A stretch of 61,976 bases of DNA, counting the filler. It is 8 parts of 8 records of this genome, joined end to end, with 100 filler letters (N's around TTAATTAATTAA, not from the genome) between each part and the next. Parts side by side here need not be neighbours in the genome. Positions count along the whole stretch, not along the records: positions 42,908 to 61,976 come from SRR15195285_3092; 7 more parts are not named here. One strand, written 5' to 3'. Both the position numbers and the translations under genes were made by a program. The notes under the pieces are model-generated. The model made no database searches. It saw only the letters and a list, made by a program, of their open reading frames with translations, and had not been told where the DNA came from. How positions within the stretch are numbered: the first letter of the stretch is position 1; every line of letters starts with the position of its first letter. Below, in pieces: positions 60,001 through 61,976 of this stretch.

Positions 60001-61976
60001 TACATGCAACTGGGTCTTGGGCTGCATCGCAGGACTCTGCCACATTCGCATCTGCAGCAGTGTACACACACGGAGTACCAGAGGGCGTGACTGTGACTGT
60101 GCAGGTAGTTTCACTACCATCGAGTACCACAGCTTCGCAGATCCCAGTATCGCTAGCCAAGCATTCGCCATTGTTAAGAATGCAATCACCAGCGGCAGCA
60201 CATTTCGCTGCAGGGCTTCTCAAGTCTGCCGCGCCACAAGTCTCCAAGTCAGTAGCGATACAAGACTCCAACACTTCGACAACCTCTTCACGTACTCCAC
60301 AAGAACCTGCTTCAGAGCAACGCACCGCTGCGCTCTCCAAATCGACCACTGAGCAGGATAAAGCATCCGTGGCAACACAAGATTCTGCCACTGGCGCAGT
60401 GTAGGTGCACTGTCCGAGCACAGACAGCCCATCCTGAACGCACACTTCCTCTGTAGAACGCAAATCAGCTGCTGCGCATGCTTCTTCATCTACTGCCGCA
60501 CATCTCTGGTCGACCTCACGTAGGTATGTACAAGCACCAGCGTCTGTGCACGTCGACGTGCCCCCGTACAGAATATCTGTTGTGGTAATTGCTAGGCATT
60601 CGTTCTCGTCTGCAGCAGTGCACGCCTCTGCGATCTCATCGCCGTTCGCTGGAACGCCATCAGGGTCACTTGCAGGAGTGTACTGGCAGGGGTTGCCCGA
60701 CGGAGTCTGTGCAGAGACGCAGGGAGAAAATGTACCGTCCAATTCTACAGCGTTGCAGATGTCTGCGTCGGTCGCAATGCATGGGTCTGATGTGGCGGGA
60801 ACCAATTCACACGCCCCTGCCGCAGCACACGTTTGAGCCGGGGGCAAAATTGTAACCGCAGCACATACTGCTTCGTCAGCTGCAGCGCAATATTCTGCTG
60901 TCTCGTCGCCAGTATCTGGGATGCCGTCAGGATCCGTTGCGGCTGTGTACGCACACTTGGTACCTGATGATGTGGTTATACCTGTACAAGCCCACATCGT
61001 TCCATCCAACTCTGCACAGGCACACTCGGTGTCCTGGGAAACGCATTTTGCTGGTCCCACTGTACACCCAGCAGGACAAGCAGTTGCACCGTCTGCTCCC
61101 ATTATATCGACCCGCAGTATGCCACATTCATTCTGAACAGAAAATCCACTGCCATCGTAATCACTGCACGTTGGAATATATGCAGCCGCAAAGGAACAGT
61201 CTCCGGTGCTTACTTCGCAGGCGTCTCCAGCTAAATTCACCGTGCAGGCATTCCCGTCTGCGTCTTTGCCATTGCCGCATGTCGCAGGAACTTCGGTCGC
61301 GGTCCCACTGCAACTGGCTGAAAACTCACAGTTGCCCGCTGATGTGCACTTCGTTTCAGCATCGCGTAGATCTGTGGCGCCACACGACTCCGTCTGTATC
61401 GCGGCACATGAGTGAGCAGTCCCAGCGTCTTCATCTGCAGCGACGTATGTGCACTTGTCAGGGACAGTGGTAGCACACCGTTCTGCAGGGGTCGTAAGCG
61501 GCACTGCACCGCACTGCTCCTGAGCAGCTGCGTCACAAGACTCTGCAATTCCGTCGGCCGGATTAGGGGCAGTGTAGACACACGCATGCCCAGACGGAGC
61601 CACTGTGTTCGTGCAAGCTGTTGCGTCACCGGAGAGGTATACGTTTGAACACGTACTCTGATCTGTGCTGAGACATGCCCAAGTCACCTCTTTGGTGTAG
61701 GTACAGGCAGCTGACTCAACAAATGTACATGAACCTGGGCTCAAAACTCCAGCGTCTTCACAGGTCTCTGCATCAGTGTTAGCACTGGCACACGAAGCCA
61801 CTTCTGTGGTTGTACACGTGTCAATTGCGGGCACTGCTGCCTGCTCAGCCCCTGCAGGAATGTAAGTGCACGCAGTGACGTCGTCGCCATCGCGGGTATC
61901 TGTGGTTAGCAATGCCTCGCAAACTGTAGCGTCGTCTAGGTCTGCGCCCGTGACTTCTTCGCAGAGCTGCTCATCA
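45002..61976 (-). CDS. Giant (>5650 aa) Cys-rich repeat cell-surface multipass membrane protein, 5' truncated by the window edge
   Basis: One ORF open to base 61976 (DEQLCEEVTGADL...). It contains dozens of ~35-40-aa 4-Cys repeats, CxxC (GCC2/GCC3, ephrin-receptor-like) repeats, EGF-Ca CVDLNECLDTNGGC, a SEA-like module with RRRMQ, and several hydrophobic helices at 47250-45270. Confidence 0.9.
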   Translation of the reverse strand, partial: DEQLCEEVTGADLDDATVCEALLTTDTRDGDDVTACTYIPAGAEQAAVPAIDTCTTTEVASCASANTDAETCEDAGVLSPGSCTFVESAACTYTKEVTWACLSTDQSTCSNVYLSGDATACTNTVAPSGHACVYTAPNPADGIAESCDAAAQEQCGAVPLTTPAERCATTVPDKCTYVAADEDAGTAHSCAAIQTESCGATDLRDAETKCTSAGNCEFSASCSGTATEVPATCGNGKDADGNACTVNLAGDACEVSTGDCSFAAAYIPTCSDYDGSGFSVQNECGILRVDIMGADGATACPAGCTVGPAKCVSQDTECACAELDGTMWACTGITTSSGTKCAYTAATDPDGIPDTGDETAEYCAAADEAVCAAVTILPPAQTCAAAGACELVPATSDPCIATDADICNAVELDGTFSPCVSAQTPSGNPCQYTPASDPDGVPANGDEIAEACTAADENECLAITTTDILYGGTSTCTDAGACTYLREVDQRCAAVDEEACAAADLRSTEEVCVQDGLSVLGQCTYTAPVAESCVATDALSCSVVDLESAAVRCSEAGSCGVREEVVEVLESCIATDLETCGAADLRSPAAKCAAAGDCILNNGECLASDTGICEAVVLDGSETTCTVTVTPSGTPCVYTAADANVAESCDAAQDPVACTSADVLPASDACVGLGACTFVAAASDPCIPTDASVCDAVVLDGEASTCNGVGTPSGVACIYTPFVASGAVPATCTETAANSVADDAALCAGVAGVDLDTATACESLRTTSTDDADDVRACTYAAASAEVPEACAAADEAACLAVSASEIADGGASVCSEAGACTYLAEEDQRCSATDETLCTSADLHTAEATCLAVITDDPDGVADTGDEVRNCAFDSASFTCTARLSVATCTETAVVSDPRDAVLCASITGSDLESSAACEALETTYTGDIDVKACTYVPASAATICAAVDLDGTDAGAARCVAVGVCTHSPASDPDSVPDSGDEIRESCVASESAICETAAMSTPEFLCLNSGDCSYTVPVTPVAPLCYAMATDNCENVVLDQTEATCTGAGACAWTAPVTPVAEDCKAADLESCATADMRSIEQKCSDAGTVDLVTEACLAIDDTHADDVATCGAVDFRTPEDKCRSAGYCSYDGSSCTALDVDVCRAKVLDGTEASCTCGDVGPSGNACMYTAADPLDSIAENCVALDETICSAVDVAQSTSSTCTSAGECVYRGPVPSSCAYTAADVDNGVDDSCAAVDTDTCSSVTLDGTSETCTNAGLCTYTEAVIAVAEACVAIDADDCDVVVDGNPSTCTGATTTSGTACVHTPAGADPESCKAADHETCSDVTLDGSAYSCVSVGACAYVPQTEPIAEACTATDLLACAAASLQSAATCDAAGKCDFTAPVTPVVESCEAANDVVACLIEDEVCSNSGRKVLDTAQSIGILDVTMTVETGALDADATTAEIITATGIFSEACVAADASDCDVALDGNPTTCTEVLTSTGTPCVYVSADSSTDMPESCKAADDGVCNGVILDGVASTCTAAGACAHVPSAIAGQQLVVQVFPVDMHGRGGTPNPITIAGLEFVLRLTEVGQSLEPYSASSYYDASSQQYLIRADLKKAGVFSMRVDSKGTGGTYHIPLALGNAAEEILDDCGEGTNHVNLHSIDLDFPNYIVPQIVGDAPRISNVAVADVCSLVTLDGSARTCTSAGACVYTPFGNGQAEACTNVGHPLTYGTSVLAVGLFYDGGGADWSFTDLPDFLPGGQLVRTIFSDVGVDANVADWLCFDIDRDATVYVLYDARASVPPPWLTDGFQQVDGITARSLVDDEIFGDVWNIFAAERMAGRVCLGGNQAFGVQKMYIPVVVPRANYRCTVPGKKRQLLGIRTPGITALPGALVHDVYMTFKMTDTVFDSIEGVDLRIHAEAADHSAKPLGTTGELSGRSVGTESVIWSLRSRAMDPCSAVGMQLEGCGCVPILEPPPCSDVYPWLTVRTPDLSALLKEVVDRPGWQAGNAVMFLIAEIATTDASNAAKAIVGETPVLSYSWGELVESREVTIGDASCGLYSHLNDFRSGCVCADGYHPTDDLLGCEACPDGHFGLNEECYRCMDGKQPTSDRTACQACSPDRAGLNGICTLCESGKTSSSARTTCVPCAPGFAGASGICEPCATGTEPSHQLDECMPCPSTHASTGLLCKVCGPGTRPNEDQSACLPCPPAFAGTGGTCTVCGDGQAPNSHSTECQPCFPGTAGLNGVCTECPSGSTPNLALTGCKGCLSGTESSGGLCVECSAGSAGIDGECAVCPDGWEPNERKTSCVPCPAGHAGRAGACFACGPGQRPLDDRSACASCPIQTYGPTGADCILCRPGTEPNLGRSSCVECGFGKYSPDGRECKVCAPGEQPTPERNGCMQCLDQVSADGRECVSCALGSRPDTPFLGTVCIGCKDLGDSLYGPDGVTCLECPAGHEPNHWNGIDNVGCTACAERGPGLVSPKGMECTACPAGSEPNLGREGCEFCGRITRNSDSARPAGDMHSPLGEVCVTCDAGEEPLADRTGCRACSEVSAAHVSALGGECVACQAGYAPNSVQSTCERCPANTISPDGTPCTYCDADPLVRRYLQPNDEQVACLPCPQDTYYVEATDTCNLCGPGFRLNDDRTLPDPCISCETGEIGVDGVCIQCEPGLFANSGHTECLDCGEWTNLASSHPAGLFTTLRDDLLCSLVRTPDFGVTAGTCISNSLTATCSYVPGTFVSNHPDTVEIRDRCWWTPVPTVVSVDTVACNLNPTADFGVTPGSCTDVNSAVKTCAYVAGAYCSSSGVHDTVLLADSCTSTLVADGTAAFGDASNCALTPTEDFGVTPGSCSDVDSSVATCTYVPGTYCSSDGVADIEITEDSCTSTTVERSRPDPTWGYNCDLESGDSDFDATTPGSCSDVDSSIATCDYVPGVYLSVIPDTELVPDSCTSTLVDADGFVGIRGVCVRCPPGRAPGAQTPVNDVLLQVRDSNHAECVLCPLGRFSDDGTECKLCSAAHEPNQMSCMPESHHQQPMPPWNMNVDGVVFTGGVGATGCVRCNPGWYAGGDGELCSSCPMGMQPNAEQTTCESCGPGKVSGDGRIVDGVSSGDGVGRRCLACPPGTQPSSNLDRCEQCVAQYSPDGVACLSCSLGQFPEFPFGAIRCLHCSGQSDRSYGPDGISCAICEPGSQPDHLHEAACSYVPGTKTCKDLETAPQQVCIPIVSPCAGDEVSDNSGCAPCALQGTSLYSSDGSPCTECVPGKQPNPGRSECLACAYLGTISPAIDNLFSPDGTPCQSCVAGTQPNADHTACLACESGQYSGVGVSCGPCPPGHQPSADATSCLACSTLDDVVYSNAQSEWQVVSQVTNATSAFDGAITTLNSVANEIEKLPGAVIGAELYRAAAVQLIDARLAQDITDLVIPGEALYSLDGRACLICPHGTSPDPEHAACVRCPKGTAGTFGVCTECPAGRVPNNLKTACDACEIGKYNGEPGKEACLPCFATGLHIPSFPGVSCIPCLDGTVPVQPLRHTTDSLSGCSLCEPGWAGVLGQCAPCPGGTRNSADHAACDQCPEGTVSSNGIECTPCAAGRSPNVEQTECDLCVAGRYSEFGFSCVECWENSESIPDRDWCVCSAGSEPVWMNPNDHHATCVDLNECLDTNGGCDISTVCKNVSPGRECGPCPIGYSGPHFSMHYSVLTGNTTCLEPPVKEDETVMSPEVGLEMRASAEVLAVDVSVGASVYYHDGDARTLVTIVAVDRSDTTSVTVAFDDGRSTLIDFIGTGVSLEFGDGSVRQTESRKLVGPARELLERGLVQDLVHSLGINASQVEITNVLGETRRRMQDDDVAVEFFFIIRTDSRSVFADLDAQLADPNSPLLSGNVTSSISANQSTFDPLQGLHSLRYACPGRLVRDLRTNTCEPCPATTEYRRGLDGSRTCEVCPAGRWSEENSYCTRCPAHEYTDDHIRCYTCEPGHTVNADSSGCDACRSDMGYYNSDGENCTLCEAGTRPNRGSAARHCVSCAVDGPRHFSSLGRYRNRTVACTASATTACANVDVTGDDVWQSPVAYLHDRQQPVACVPSHAEMCNATDLSGTDPSLACAAAGAAGSVTLGDTINCYLTPTTDFGVTPGSCVETNPNVATCAYVAGSFSASGVLDIVDVEDSCTSLSVSVTRNADTSWCVLSPSTDFGLTPGSCQDIDSSQYTCSYISGSYVDADVDGALDTVVTVDSCTSTSVPTTTALDTINCVLTPSSDFGLTQGSCASMDAGVTTCTYVPGTFSASGALDTIHAEDSCMSTRLTQCEYLPYVDEVLETCEATVQQSCAAVVLGTASAEADCHAAGQGPVGGALSCVYTAATTDSCTSTMISDHTSTFEDIINCVLTTSPDLGVTPGFCDDVDSTVATCIYIAGTYAEACVAQASATCAGIDLGDRRLNSPSDDTRCEIRRVPFDDTEGVCTYQPFVPHKQAECLASDRNVCSATDLGSGNLTTAAEACEAAGTCRLWVASRHACESAAGGNGACVFLNRDGMRTCEAADKQSCADANGRHKPHAYTRSTIASAHQSLEDACLEAGRCSFNSEIAAVPQPVECDELCGGGSQVNTTTMAHCDSCINVSPRHVSFDGTPCVPCQAGTGPNPARTACLECPAGTYSDVGLACKTCPSGWEPNARLAATACILCTVNHYSAGDQCHRCAEETVTQTLDGMILAAPVSADDCRCPDGTYDADIYGDDKSHIFCWDGSEYTEQPWLEPSNLPSLKDVADGKKCVACPSCVECDGGIPRVREGYHTVGGTAASSNGTLMLLPDEPLHGPRHVYRCPVPELCLGEVLTGCDSVDCTPVHYQTEPTGLARLQHGAAWAPVHAHVHANHAVQPGPLNESTSQFFATNLYGDRCALGFSGPLCLAQCVGGDAGRRFCDNVRCHDATDWSLLYICVGATGTIIMLFSSCCGAAATGHDLRRTRCCTKPDFDPAAIVPDDTSAAPKQTRLVHGLCSTITLRGVAVMLVQPIKLLWPRLYVASMLLAWTYQILSSLSIVLGLPLPQRAWVVVEFFAPLVNLDIASIAKFGCGLGYYQVLYARSVSVAVLVVPAWVLWAIRTKLLSHMYIALAKKRGKGRLMQEHAAQLMRSHDLTELVVGWTFNIVSLAHPSIIRTWLQLYDCRNMDDGSSHLVVDVSVACTTARVVGDSGLGPLDATYSLHSWIGYGVLGAWCGLLPSLVLLKLLSARKLLKNGEKHPWSQPFCAHYKPSFYMSEVYSVLARGLLAGGLLMWERGRMVQPVVGAAISAALLAISAWTRPLDSGSVGSPDAARLFDAANEDFKIAQAVVDEKRSALKVHMVSEEATAYLDELTWKQRRIAGRILRPHIVPAAGLRQFDRNDYDRNKEDKGGLARAWVPQRVWNRDQDILNAPTPGQEVGLKWAIKEVQDKLYVVEEINRAFMNQAEVFPVQHGVGITLNFLAVCFKRYRKDIDEVCDFTQGHLDTFVKESYMRNALDEAIIRKRRAWHHVLKIKRRLNPPGSHGGPLANVALVVCTATVCAAYVTCCVLKWLQHCSHPHVPELLDIAGHFLLVIQIPPMILLSTMVFAPLIEDCRRSNAARLASARVTEHREEREETSIEEDDQFLSATLDDDEAADIQRLRETRSKIEGGTILSGPMSEDSSSAGPAERHGKKLGI

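Noticed and set aside
45164-61648. Numerous 60-250-aa antisense and off-frame ORFs, here and over other long genes
   Set aside because: Shadow ORFs of GC-rich, repetitive coding sequence with no recognisable motifs.
1-61976. Alternative genetic code, stop-codon readthrough or selenocysteine
   Set aside because: The premature stops examined fall inside introns, and TAA, TAG and TGA all serve as terminal stops.

Overview
This is not a contiguous prokaryotic region. It is eight unlinked contigs from a compact, GC-rich eukaryotic genome, probably a protist MAG/SAG; the lineage cannot be fixed from this window. The contigs are joined by artificial 100-nt spacers (N44-TTAATTAATTAA-N44). Genes carry short canonical GT-AG introns (about 65-150 nt, one of 756 nt), which I resolved by hand and which explain the split ORFs. 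Contents: a ~3135-aa secreted DUF1800-DUF1501 fusion carrying dockerin-like, TSP1, PAN, F-type lectin and PA14 modules; a VPS13 with an inserted four-EF-hand module; a BNR/sialidase-like protein; a JMJD8-like JmjC-TPR protein; an IQ/EF-hand protein with an apparently circularly permuted copine-type C2 pair; a Cys-rich secreted protein; eIF3i; a D-2-hydroxyacid dehydrogenase; a bacterial-like M14 carboxypeptidase; a GH130-like glycosidase; a PTS2-bearing PhyH-type dioxygenase; PRMT3; and a >5650-aa Cys-repeat multipass membrane protein encoded in one >16.9-kb ORF. Two short repeated elements sit upstream of genes. No rRNA, tRNA, CRISPR array or transposase was recognised. All domain calls come from recognising motifs by eye, not from database searches.
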